Source: Octopus vulgaris
Lineage: Eukaryota
Direction of reading: 5' to 3'
NCBI GenBank assembly: GCA_951406725.2
Contig: OX597822.1
Coordinates: 16,182,001 to 16,246,000, forward strand
DNA length: 64,000 nucleotides
Shown here: positions 45,289 through 57,868 of the stretch, one piece after another
How positions within the stretch are numbered: position 1 is the stretch's first letter
Layout: each line of letters starts with the position of its first letter
Made by a program: the position numbers and the translations under genes
Notes under the pieces: model-generated
Seen by the model: only the letters and a program-made list of their open reading frames with translations
Databases searched by the model: none
Told to the model about the DNA's origin: nothing

Positions 45289-45463
45289 GTTTAAATATTT
45301 GTTGTGCAAGATTGTTTATGTGAAGTCGTGTGTTGAAACAGATATTGTTATATTTCGGAATGGTCATATTGCCAGTTTAGCCAATAAAAACACACGCACT
45401 ATATATTTGGTGTTATTTTGCTTCAGTGATATTTATTTTTTACATTAATCTTAATCTTATTTC

Positions 45464-45508
45464 GGCCAAAGTTCTTTCGTCACACTCCTGTGACCGCATC
45501 AGTGGTCC
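45464..45508 (-). ncRNA. Hammerhead-like motif (A9C core) in 3' pLTR
   Basis: ggacca-CTGATGC-g-gtcac-aggagt-gtgac-GAAA-gaac-TT-tggcc. Confidence 0.55.
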
Positions 45509-46008
45509 TTTGTTTTCTTCTCACTTACTTGTGTCTCTCCTTACTAACCGTCAGCCATTTTATATTTCTATTGTATGTCTTCATTTGCGCATGTTTATAT
45601 CTCTATGTGCGTCTATGTTTATTTAGTGTGTGTGTGGGGGGGATGCCTGTAATATTTGTATCTTCTGGTTATATACATTCTTGTAATTTGTATTTTGTTT
45701 TTGTTGTTGTTGCTTTTGTTCTAATTTTGTTCATGTGTTTACATCCACCCATTATTATCATTACATATGCTTGTATGTATGTATAACAACAATATTAGTA
45801 ATAATAATAATAAATCTAATCGGAAAAAAAAAAAAAAAAAAAAGAATATACATATACATATATATATATACATACACATACATATACATATATATATATA
45901 TACATATACACACACATATATACACATATACATATACATATATATAGATATTCATTTCTATTTCTTTAATTACCTGTGTATTTATTATGTTTGCAGGATC
46001 CACTATTG

Positions 46009-46812
46009 TCATATGTTGTGGTGTGCGCTATTGCTCCATTCTAGTTTTCTATTCAGGCTAGGTTTATTTTCTATTATATGTGTAGCTTCTGTAATTTGTC
46101 TAATTGTTGCATCTGTTCTATGTGTGGACAATATCTTAATCTCTATGTTATTGATTGATCCCCCGTGTTCTTGTTCGGCGTGTTGGTACAGAATCGATGA
46201 GCTTTTACCTTCCTTGAGTTGTCTCCAATGTTCATTCACCCGCTCACCAATGCTTCTTGCAGTTTCCCCTACGTATGTTACTGTCTTGTTACTGCATCGT
46301 CCCTCTATACATCTTATACTATAGACCACATTTCTGGCTTTACAGTTCGTTTGTGGGCTAAATCTACATACAGTGCAATAGTTATCCGTACAGAGAGTTC
46401 TACTAAAAGGATAGCTTCTACCAATTATAGATCTGATAGGGTTGCCTGGCTTTTCAACAACCTTAATTCTTAGTTTAAGTTTATCTAGGGTCCTTCTAAA
46501 GCGGTACGCTAGTTCACCTCCAGGGGTGGTGTCAACGAACATGACACTCTGGTATTTATGGCTATCATACCAAGAGTTGGCCTTCCCTATTTTCTTTTTT
46601 GTCCTTTCTATAGTGTTCCATGACTTGTTCCTATAGAGTGGGCAAATCCCATTCCTATCATTACATAATATATTATCAAATTTCTTCATGGCTCCTTTGT
46701 ATACTCTGATCCTTTCTTTATGGCTGTAACCTGAGAACTGCATGCGGTGAATGAAGTACTGTATGTGTCTTTTTAATTCTGTAGGCTCGCACATGCGTGA
46801 CACATTTCTCAT
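46009..46812 (-). CDS. PLE thumb/linker plus GIY-YIG endonuclease (5'-truncated ORF, possibly Hydra-like clade)
   Basis: SGYS, PLYR, VMFVDTTPGGELA, CTDNYCTVC, NVVYSIRC..TYVGETARSIGERVNEH, RQITEA, LNRK. RT core is absent. The clade assignment is from memory. Confidence 0.85.
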   Translation of the reverse strand: MRNVSRMCEPTELKRHIQYFIHRMQFSGYSHKERIRVYKGAMKKFDNILCNDRNGICPLYRNKSWNTIERTKKKIGKANSWYDSHKYQSVMFVDTTPGGELAYRFRRTLDKLKLRIKVVEKPGNPIRSIIGRSYPFSRTLCTDNYCTVCRFSPQTNCKARNVVYSIRCIEGRCSNKTVTYVGETARSIGERVNEHWRQLKEGKSSSILYQHAEQEHGGSINNIEIKILSTHRTDATIRQITEATHIIENKPSLNRKLEWSNSAHHNI

Positions 46813-47163
46813 TATTCTGAAGTTATATCAGAATGAGATTTTTTTTTTTTCCATTAGATTTATTATTATTATTACTAATATTGTTGTTATACATACATAC
46901 AAGCATATGTAATGATAATAATGGGTGGATGTAAACACATGAACAAAATTAGAACAAAAGCAACAACAACAAAAACAAAATACAAATTACAAGAATGTAT
47001 ATAACCAGAAGATACAAATATTACAGGCATCCCCCCACACACACACTAAATAAACATAGACGCACATAGAGATATAAACATGCGCAAATGAAGACATACA
47101 ATAGAAATATAAAATGGCTGACGGTTAGTAAGGAGAGACACAAGTAAGTGAGAAGAAAACAAA

Positions 47164-47208
47164 GGACCACTGATGCGGTCACAGGAGTGTGACGAAAGAA
47201 CTTTGGCC
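47164..47208 (+). ncRNA. Hammerhead-like motif (A9C core) in inverted 5' pLTR
   Basis: Identical to the 45464-45508 copy. Confidence 0.55.
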
Positions 47209-47322
47209 GAAATAAGATTAAGATTAATGTAAAAAATAAATATCACTGAAGCAAAATAACACCAAATATATAGTGCGTGTGTTTTTATTGGCTAAACTGG
47301 CAATATGACCATTCCGAAATAT

Positions 47323-47403
<81 letters not shown>

Positions 47404-47419
47404 ATATATACATACATCC

Positions 47420-47477
<58 letters not shown>

Positions 47478-47994
47478 TAGCAATAAAGACTCGTCGTTGA
47501 CGGGTCATAGTGCTAGTGCATGTATATATGTGTATATATATATGAGTACATATTACATGTACATATATATATATACATCTACACATAAAATGCAAAGTAC
47601 AAAGTTATATCATGATATCGCTAGTGATAACAATACTCAAAATATATAACAGACAGGAATTGTTAGCTCTTCTTTTTTCTCTACATTGTATACTTTATAG
47701 ACAATAGTCTTTTCTTTAATTTAATTTTTTATTATCCATCTGGACTATTCCATTTCTGTACGCTAATTTTGTTTTTAATTTAATTCCCATTCATGTGAAA
47801 CCACGTATTGAAGTTCAAATCGTTGATGCAATTTTATACCAAATGCTATTTTTACTTATATTATACTTTAGTTTGATTTTAATTATTACTTACTACATAT
47901 AATTCAATTGTTATTATTTTTATTGTTAAAGTGAAAGTATCTGACATAAAATAGAGAAATATGTTTGTTTCACTTTTAACGCGTAATACTGAAA

Positions 47995-48290
47995 TAGTGG
48001 AGAAGATATAATATTGCTATGGGCTCGCTCAAGGCAAGAAGTTGAACATTGTTTTGCCCATGAAACAACATGGACCTTAAGTAAGGCATGTGTAAAATTT
48101 GAATGAAATTGGTTGTGTAGTTCTCAAGTTTTAGGGAATCGTAGTGGAGAAGATATGTTATTGCTGTGGGCTCGCCCTAGGCAAAAAGTTAAAAAAATTC
48201 TTTTGCCGATGTCACTCCCCGGACCCTAAGTAAGGCATGTGTAAAATTTGAATGAAATTCGTTGTGTAGTTCTCAAGTTTTAGGGAACAC

Positions 48291-48321
<31 letters not shown>

Positions 48322-48349
48322 CAGATTCTCAGTTTTATATATATAAAGA
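47995..48349 (-). mobile_element. Helitron-like 5' end with two internal tandem units of about 147 bp and (CAGA)n
   Basis: Ends CAGTTTTATATATATAAAGA like the 20688 Helitron terminus. Units at 47995-48141 and 48142-48287. No 3' CTAG end found. Confidence 0.65.
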
Positions 48350-49049
48350 TATACGAGCGTGCTCGCGCTCGTGTGTGAGAGTGACTGAGTTTGTGTCAGG
48401 AGATAGAATGAGGGTAAGTAAGAGTGATGTAGGCCCTGATTTACTGCAAATATATATGAGCAAGATAATTAATTAGGCGTAAAAAATATCAAAACTTTTT
48501 AAATATTTGTGAGAAATAAATGCGCATAAAAAGCAGTTTCCACATTTGCACTTAGCGGCATAGATGTATGAACAGCCACAAATACATATTTGCATATATA
48601 CATACATACATACATACATACATGCACGCATTTGTATACATATATTGTATATATATATATATATATGTGTATATATAATGTATGTATGAGTATATATATA
48701 TATATATAAATGCGCATTATACATATTTATAAAGAGTTATAGAGAAACATCAATACTTTATTTGCCTCACTGTACTTTAAAATGTGCCCATTCAGTGAAT
48801 AATTTCTGTATATGTATGTTTAAGTGTATATGTTTGGGGGTTTGTGTGTATGTGTAAGTGGTGGGTGTGTGTTTGTGTGTCTCTCTCTGTGTGTGTATGT
48901 CTGCATGCGCGTGTGGGCTTCCCTGTTGGTAGTAAATTGAAACATTTATAAAATTTTAGAAGTTTTATAACTTCACGCTGAATAATTCCCTGAAAGGTTA
49001 ATACCGAGACATGCACTGACACCGAAAGTTTACGCATAAACACGCGCGC

Positions 49050-49140
49050 ACACACACACGCAGGTTCTTATTATACACACACACACGCGCAGGTTCTTAT
49101 TATACACACACACGCGCAGGTTCTTATTATACACACACAC
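49050..49140. repeat. Three tandem copies of a unit of about 28 bp: (CA)n-GCGCAGGTTCTTATTATA
   Basis: Directly visible. Confidence 0.9.
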
Positions 49141-49844
49141 ACACATACATTCAATAAATATTCATGCACGATCACGTATACTTACAAACTTTTATGTATA
49201 CATGTATACGAGTGTGTACGTAATACAACCGTGTGTGTATGTGTGTGTGTGTGTTTGTGTATGTGTGTGTTCGTGTGTGTGCCTTTATCTCTCTTTATCT
49301 GTCATACACATACACAAACTCACATACAAAGATACATTTCTCAATATATTTGTCTCTACGTGTGCGTACATTCTCTTTTTCTTCCCATATATAACGTATG
49401 TTGCCAAATTTTGTTTACTTATTCGCATGCAAATATACATATATACATTCGTGCAAACACACATACACACACACATATATATATATACATATGAATATAT
49501 ACACACACCTATAGATTTAAAAATAAATAATCACGTGAGTCCCTCTATGCATGTATGCATGTATAATATGTGTGTGTGTGTGTGCATACATTTGTATGTG
49601 TGCATAACGTCTTTCATATGCTTCAACGCCAATTGTAAGGGCACCTTGCAGAGGAATATTCTGCTTTGTTTTGGGGATATAATTTCGACTGTTCAACAGC
49701 ATATATAAAGATCTAATGGAAAAAAATTGTTCACATGATGAGCACTTGGTGCGATATTGTATATGTATGCATGTATATATATAATATACATATATGTATA
49801 TGTATAAATTTATATATATATGTAGAGAGAAAGAGAGAGAGAAG

Positions 49845-50158
49845 TTGCTGTGTTGTAAGACATTTAGCCCCCAACCACATGGTTTTGCGTTCAGTCCCCC
49901 TGCGTGGCACCTTGGGCAAATGTCTTCTACAATAGCTTCGGGCCGACCAAATTGTGAGTGGATTTAGTAGACGGAGGTTGAAAGAAGCCCGCCGTACATA
50001 TGTATATGTGCGTGAGTATGTGTTCGTGAGTGTGTGTGAGTGTGTGTGTGAATGCGTGTGTTTGAGTGATTGGGTGTATTTTTGTACCCGTGTCTGTCCA
50101 CTACCGCCGCTTGAAAACCGGTTCTGGTGTATTTACGTTCTCGTAATTTAGCGATTCT
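49845..50158 (+). mobile_element. SINE family A, 3'-truncated by a LINE fragment
   Basis: Family similarity ends at about 50158, where RT-like sequence begins. Confidence 0.75.
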
Positions 50159-51170
50159 GCGCAAGGTACTGTGTTAGGCCCACTCATTTTCATTATCTAT
50201 CGATATAGATAATGAAGAGGAGAAAGAATGTTTGCAGATGATTCCTATCTCCAGAAAGCCATAAGCGGTATGGGAGAGTCGAATATGTTTGCTGTTGTCC
50301 AATGGGCGGGAAAAAAAACAATATGCTTCAAAATGAAGATAAGTTTAATTTGATCCACTTTGGGAAGGAGGTTACTCTGAAACTATTATATGACCTTACC
50401 TCGGGTGACACCCTAGTGACATCCAACAACACCAGATGCCTTGGAGTAACTGTTAATACCAATCTAAGCTGGAGTACCCACGTAAACAGCAAAGTTGACT
50501 TGATCCGCAAGATATGCTCCTGGATTCTAAGGACTTTCCGGTCTAGAGATGCCCATACTATCATCCTTCTCTACTCTACTTTTGTTTGACCGACCTCGCC
50601 TTGAATACTGCTGCCCACTGTGGTGGTCTCTCCACACGAAGTAACTCATTATGAAAGTAGAAGTACTCCAGAGGTCCATAACAAGAAAGGTAGACGGCAT
50701 GAGATGCATTGATTATTGGGGTCGACTAAGAAAATTCAATCTCTACTCTTTCCAACGCCACCATCATTTGTATGATGTGGAAAATATTCCATCAATATTG
50801 CACAAATGATATTGGCATCAATTTTAAAATCCATTCAAAACTTGGCCCCCATGCTATACCCCCGCTACAAAATCGATCTCAGGCCACATAGCAACATTAC
50901 GTCACAATTACTTTACCTCAACTGGTCCAGCTCCCTTTAATACCAAAATACGTCAAAACGGAAACGGTTCTCATAAAATACAAATGTTCACTGGACAAAT
51001 TTCTTCAAAAAATCCCGATCCAACCACTTACACCCGGATATGTCTTCAACAATAGTAACTCTTTGCTAGAGTGGGCCATGGTGCTCCATATGTGACTAAA
51101 AGACTTCACCAGGTGGTGCTATTAAGTTAGACATGGCCTGGGCTTATACTGGCCGAAACCTATCAAAGTT
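50159..51170 (+). mobile_element. 5'-truncated CR1/L2-group LINE (decayed RT C-terminus and 3' UTR)
   Basis: QGTVLGPLIFIIY, MFADDS, NNMLQNEDKF, LGVTVNTNLSWSTHV and RPRLEYCCPLW occur in order, with frameshifts. Confidence 0.8.
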
Positions 51171-51254
51171 ATATATGTATACATATATGTATACATGTAT
51201 GTACATAGAATTATGCACACATATATACATATAACATAGATAACTTGGATAGCT

Positions 51255-51608
51255 TAGGTATGTTTCGACCAAAGATTAGTCCAGGCCATGTCTAACTTAA
51301 TTACGCCGCCTGACAGGATTAGCTAACTCCTTTTTAAGTCAAGTTTTGTGGTATCACGGTCCATTCGAGTAGGGAGTTCTTGTTGAGTGACTTGTATCCA
51401 GGTATCTGGTATTCCTTGAAGAAATTTGTCCAGATTCCGTTTTCAAAGGTAATGGGATCATCTTCCGCTTTCATCTGTTTCGGGACAATGTTGATTAAGA
51501 CAAGGCCTGTTGAAGAAAAGGAATTGTGTTACAATGTATTTATGTGTTGTGATTCTGAATTGGGTAGGAAACGTATGGCCCGTGGTCCTAGCTTTGCAGG
51601 AATTTTGA
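51255..51608 (-). mobile_element. Second, related CR1/L2-group LINE 3' end in the opposite orientation
   Basis: CCAGGCCATGTCTAACTTAAT is the reverse complement of ATTAAGTTAGACATGGCCTGG at about 51121, with diverged similarity further on. Confidence 0.65.
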
Positions 51609-51684
51609 ATGCATATATATATATATATATACACATATATACATACATACATATATATACACACATTTATATACACATATATGT

Positions 51685-51749
<65 letters not shown>

Positions 51750-52736
51750 TATGTACATACGCATACATACATATACATACATACATACATACATATTGTT
51801 GAGAATAGTTGACTGAAACCTCGTGTTTCCATATAACATGTAAGTTGTAATCTTTTATATTTTATATTATATTTTAAACAATTATATATTTAGCTTTAAT
51901 CATAACAAGTTTCTTATAACTGTTAATTACTGGTATTCTTTTATTAGTTTCTATTTATAAGGATATTTTAGTATTATCTATTAAATTACTGGTATAAGTT
52001 CAACATTAAAGCATGTAATGATAACGAATATTCAATACGTATGTAGTGTTTTAATGATTAACTTTTGGATTATGAAATAGTGTAATTCACTCAGAATTAG
52101 TTATATTATTAGCTAAATTCAACTGAGTTTGTTGTGTTTTGAAAAAATAGAATATAAAAGCTTTCGCTTTTATATAAATAACTATGGAAGACTGGTGGTA
52201 ATATTATCTGTATGGACTTCAAGGGCTTGGTCGCTAGATAATTAAGGAGTTAGAGATTTACTTACTGAAATTATTTACCGATACTGTTTTGCACTTAGGG
52301 TAAATGTGTTTCTTTGTTGAGGTTTAATTAATAATGTTAGCATTTAATCCTTACTAGAATTAAGATTGAATGAATGTGGCTATCTCAAAGATATTTTTGT
52401 TCCCAAGCAACACTTATTTTAGTGCTGTTGACACTACCAGATTGAACGGTACTGCTCCGGTGTCGAAACCATAGTGATATCCGTGGGGCAGCTGATGATG
52501 GAGGTATGTTGAACTGTTGGCATGGCTGATATTCGGAATAGTTTTATAAGACATCCATTTGATGTGTGTATGTGTGTGGGCGTATTTGTGCACGTATGTA
52601 TATATGTATATATGTATGCATGTATGTATGCATGTATGTTTAAAATCTTCCATTTCAAAAATCACTCCATCCCGCATATACCTACTTATGTTTGAACTAA
52701 TATCATCAGCCAGCTATTGAAATATACAGTAACCAC

Positions 52737-52768
<32 letters not shown>

Positions 52769-52984
52769 TGTATGTATGTATGTATGTATGTATGTATGTA
52801 TGTATGCATGTATGTATGCCTGCATGCATGCATGTATGTGTGTGTGTACGTATGTATGTATGTAAGTATGTATGTGTATATATGTATATATGCGTGTATG
52901 TGTGTGTGTGCGTGCGTATTTGTGTATGTATGTATGTATCTATGTTTGCGTGTGTGTATGTAGTCTCTTCTATTTTTTAGTTAT

Positions 52985-53240
52985 TATAAATCTTCTACCG
53001 AGGCGGAAGCCGGTTTCCAACAAAGATACAAGGCTCCATCACATTTTAAACTTGAGAAAAGTCTTGCATATTTCAAGTATCCCAAATGTTGGCACTGCTA
53101 CTATAAATGCTTTGTAGGATATTGTTTTGTTGTATATTTTCCTAAGTCTGGTGTAATATTCTCGGGTCACTCTATCTTTACTCACAGTGATTTCATATGA
53201 AACATTTTCATTTATGCCTAGGTACTTGCAACATTCTTTG
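52985..53240 (-). mobile_element. Internally deleted R4-like LINE remnant
   Basis: Minus-strand CKYLGINE..KDRVTREYYTRLRKI joined to a C-terminus-like GILEICKTFLKFKM*. Confidence 0.45.
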
Positions 53241-53564
53241 TGTGGAATGGGTGAGACAGAGAGACCGCTGATGCACAGGTTTTGGATTTGAGGGACTGAC
53301 TTTCCTCATTCTTATGTATGTATGTGTGTATGTATGTTTGTATGTGTATCTATGCATGTGTGTGCGGCGGGGTGCCTAAATTGGAAAGACTTCTTCTTTC
53401 AAACATGTTATACCGAAACCTAACTAATGAGAAAATATGGAAAATTCTTTAATAAAAACATCAAAATTGAACGAAGTCTACTTTTATTATATCTGTATGC
53501 ATGTGTGTATATTACGTGTGTATGCCTTCAGAAATGGATACATACGTATACTTAGATATATGCG

Positions 53565-53632
<68 letters not shown>

Positions 53633-54038
53633 TATGTTTGTACACAAACACACACATACGTAAAGATACATTATTGGAGGTGTTACCAGTCTATTTCTAG
53701 AACTCCTGACAATTCCGTTGCAATAAGTGCTTTCATCTACTTCCACTTACAAATGACATCCGTGACAAGTAATTACCGATCACATTTATCTGGTAAATAG
53801 ACATATTCAATAAATTCTCCAACGTTAACACAAGTTGTTTTCTTAATATTTGACTTAGTTTTTATCAAGGAATCAGAAATCTCACAGTAATGACGTTGCG
53901 ATATCAACAAGTATCAAAAGTCCTTAACTGGAAATCAGAAGAAATAATTATATTTTAAATTGAAATTCCTGATAGCATGAAATATTTACACTTTACAGTA
54001 GGAATTAAAATGCATATAATACAGATTACTGAAACGCA

Positions 54039-54084
<46 letters not shown>

Positions 54085-54224
54085 ACATGTATTCGAGAAC
54101 ATACGCAATTCTTTCTTCCAGTGATCCTTGTTTTCTGAAGGTTAAATTTTGTGTTTTTGCATATGTAGAAAAAGTTCTTTCTCTTCCTTGCCGAAATAAT
54201 TAAAATAATATTTATTTCTTTATT

Positions 54225-54592
54225 GCACACGGCGGCTAAACATTGAGGGGACAAACAAGGACAGACAAACGGATTAAGTCGATTACATCGACCCCAGTGC
54301 GTACTTATTTAATCGACCCAGAAAGGATGAAAGGCAAAGTCAACCTCGGTGGAATTTGAACTCAGAACGTAACGGCAGATGAAATACCGCAAAAGGTTTC
54401 ACCCGGCGTGCTAACGATTCTGCCAGCTAGCTGCATTTAAATGTTCAGTACAAGGACCGAAATTTGGGGGGAGGGGGTAGTCGATTAGATCGACCAAAGT
54501 TCGCAACTGGTACTTAATTTATCGACCCCGAAGGTATGAATGCCAAAGTCGACGTCGGCGGAATTGGAACCCAGAACGTAAAGTCAGACGAA
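54225..54592 (-). mobile_element. Two adjacent SINE family C copies (54225-54433 and 54446-54592)
   Basis: Match the 23470-23696 copy. Confidence 0.8.
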
Positions 54593-55815
54593 TAATTAAA
54601 ATAATATAAGCCATTGACTAGTATGTTCCTTTATAATAACACAACTATTTCTAATTAGATTGTCCCAGATTAGATTATAAATCAAAACAGAGTGAGACTG
54701 AGACCAGAACCCTGTAGTTGGGAATAAACCTCCTACCTCACATCCACGCTTGCGCCTCTCCTAGAAGATAATTTTATAATTTTCCCACTTTGTTTTTCAG
54801 TGCTATTAAACCTAAAGGCAATTTGCAAGGGAATGAACCCTGAACCTCACGGCAGCGCTTGCACAAACCCTCCAACGTTACACTTACTACACTAGTCTGT
54901 GTGCACTTTGTCAATAAACCATACTGCATTGCAGAAAAGGAAGGCAATACCATATCTCAATGCAATCTCTATTGTCATCTGTATTTCATAAATGCGTAGA
55001 CAATAAAACAAAGAAAAGAAACACTTTCAAAATGAGGCAAACGTTAGAGTTTCTGATTTTTACCAAGGCCTGCGGCGTTCCCGCTCTGACACACAGTGTG
55101 AACATTTCATCATCCAATTTTGATTTATGTTCTTGATTAATCGGATGTGGTTCAGCTTTGTAGATCCCGTGATCTCACAGCTTTCTTCGCATATCTATCG
55201 ATCAGATTTTAGTGTTTCTGCAGGGAAGATATATTATTGAAATAAAATAGTTAAATCTATCGCATATCCTATTTATTTCTTATTCTGTACGTGAAACTCT
55301 CCTCTTTTTCGATTTATGACCAGTAAGTCAATAAATCTATTGTTGAACACTGCAGGGACACGATTTTCTTTTCTTTTGCGTGTATTTCCTTTCGTTTCTA
55401 TCGCTAATGAGAAATGTCTCTCCCCTTAAATCAGCCGCCATATTGCTTCAGTAAGAATCTCTGTTACCAATAGTTTACATTGTAAGGTGGCCGGCACTTG
55501 GCGAAAAAGAAAAGAATGGTAATTTATGGCACAGATGTATTCCATGGTAAATTAAAATATTTATTGCAAATTCTTATATATCATATACAAATATCCAATA
55601 AATATTTCTAAAATTGATGATTTAAAAGTCTAAATTTCTTATTTATGTCATGCTAGAGAGAAACTTGCAAATGGTTCTGAGTTAATTAAGCGAAATCTGA
55701 ATTAAAATTATGTAAGATATTATAATATATTCCGCTGTTTTAAGAGATAACTGCAATTAAAGGAACGTTATTGTTTTGCTCTGGTTTTTTCCAACATTAG
55801 TTCTTTCAGTTGCAT

Positions 55816-55874
<59 letters not shown>

Positions 55875-56146
55875 TGTGTGTCGTTGTATGTATACACACA
55901 CATACATCACACATGCATAAGTGCATACGTATATGAATTCCTCCTTAGCGACGAAATCACTATTAGTTGAATTTAGTAATGTGTATACCATACTTAGACC
56001 ATATCATACTATTGAAATCCTTCTAAGTTCACCTCGGGAAGCAGCTCTAGATTACGGGTAGTGCTAAAAAATTCAGAAATACATCAGCAGCAGGCGAAAA
56101 TTGACTTGCTTGGTATGTATGCTTGAATTATTATGATATTATTATA

Positions 56147-56525
56147 GGCGTAGGAATGGCTGTGTGGTAAGTAGCTTGCTTACCAACCACATGGTTCCGG
56201 CATCAGTCCCACTGTGGGCCACCTTGGGCAACTTTCTTCTACTATAGCCTCGGGCCGACCAAAGCCCTGTGAGTGGATTTGGTAGACGGAAACTGAAAGA
56301 AGCTCGTCGTATATATGTATGTGTGTGTATGTGTTTGTGTGTCTGTGTTTGTCCCCCCAACATCGCTTGACAACCGAAGCTGGTGTGTTTACGTCCCCGC
56401 AACTTAGCAGTTCGGCAAAAGAGACCGATAGAATAAGTACTAGGCTTACAAAGAATAAGTCCTGAGGTCGATTTGGCATTGCTCCAGTATGGCCACAGTC
56501 ATATGACTGAAAGAAGTAAAAGAGT
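56147..56525 (+). mobile_element. SINE family A, full length
   Basis: Matches the 62-430 copy. Confidence 0.9.
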
Positions 56526-57584
56526 ATATATATATATATACACTCGTATACATGCATACATCTGTGTATGTGTGTTTAATCGATGACTATTTGTTCTGTA
56601 TTACTTCTATAAATATTTATTTCAGATTTTGTTTCAACTTTGGTTTCTGCTTCAAACATTCAATAACTATCCAACATAAACTAGAACAGATCCTATATTA
56701 AACATTATACTCCGGTCGGTTCCTTCCTTATTGAAATCATACTTACACACACACACCTAGTAAATATACTTATAAGTATGGAAAAATGGCCTAATATTGG
56801 GGCCTATAAGACCACGACGAAAAGGAAAATTACATTACCATGTGTGGGAATCGAACCTACAACTTTACTTTCACTATATGTACGCTGATTACGCCAACAT
56901 ACTTCCCATCCACTTTTACCCCACCACTAACTTTAGAAACATTCAAATATATCCGTATTCTGCGTAAGTTAAGAAACGGTGACAAGGTGAATTTCTATGC
57001 AAATAAATATCACTCTATTTGCATATAAATCATAGACCGTGAATTCGATTCGTTTCCAAATGATCCGAGTGTGTGGTATTGACGAGCCACAATAACGGTG
57101 AAATATCATTATCTACTCCTCGGTTTTTATTCCGAGGCGAGTTGCCTTGCCTGGTCTGTGACATTTAGCTGTTCTTAAACACAGCGTTGTGTAGAGAGAT
57201 TTCTTATATCACGTCATTATTTCTTATTGTACACGCAACGATATAATGTTATTCTGTCCTAATCCTCTCACATATTCGTCAGCGTTTTCCTATAGCTTTA
57301 TGTCTGTCGCTCTCGTTAGATTACAAGGATATTGGTATTAAATAGCGTGAAACCACTAAGACGTCTCGTAAACCAACCGATGAGAAAATCAAATGCAAAT
57401 GTTCCTTGTATCATGTTTTCGTGTCCCTTTTCTGTCCGTTATGCTTTCACTCAGTTTTCGTCTATTTTCCCCTGCTCTGTCTAACGTTTGAATATACTTT
57501 TTCAAGATCAGTGACTTTCCGTCACTGGGAAAAGGAAATATGTATTTGCATTGGGACCCCTTCGCATCGAAGACCGGTGATTGT

Positions 57585-57629
57585 CGTGCGCTGACGACGG
57601 ATAAATACTCAGAAACCCGGGTCAGTGCG
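57585..57629 (+). ncRNA. Minimal type I hammerhead motif (canonical core, decayed stems)
   Basis: cgtgcg-CTGACGA-cggataaatactca-GAAA-cccggg-TC-agtgcg. Palindromic ACCCGGGT stem III and a GUC cleavage triplet. Confidence 0.55.
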
Positions 57630-57792
57630 TATTACGTCAGGTCGACGATGGGAAGGATGGCTTCTCTTTGCAAATACTGATAGGGGCTCTGAAAGAGTGT
57701 CTAAAGCCAGCTAGAGAAGATGATCTCCTGGGGCTACAAGCTACAGTAGCATCCACCCTTAGTGGTTAGCCACATTTAGGTGGCAAATATAC

Positions 57793-57868
<76 letters not shown>

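Larger units (their letters stand above)
45287..47330 (-). mobile_element. 5'-truncated Penelope-like element with inverted pLTRs of about 490 bp and a 55-bp 3' tail, in (TA)n
   Basis: Inverted repeat arms 45342-45833 / 46839-47330 (the same 66-aa spurious ORF appears in both). Tail 45287-45341 is present only at the 3' end. A GIY-YIG ORF lies inside. Confidence 0.9.

Noticed and set aside
40885-47330. Long inverted repeats as DNA-transposon TIRs
   Set aside because: The enclosed ORFs are RT/GIY-YIG and the arms contain hammerheads, which fits inverted Penelope pLTRs.
49050-49140. CRISPR-like array
   Set aside because: A simple tandem minisatellite without unique spacers and with no cas genes.
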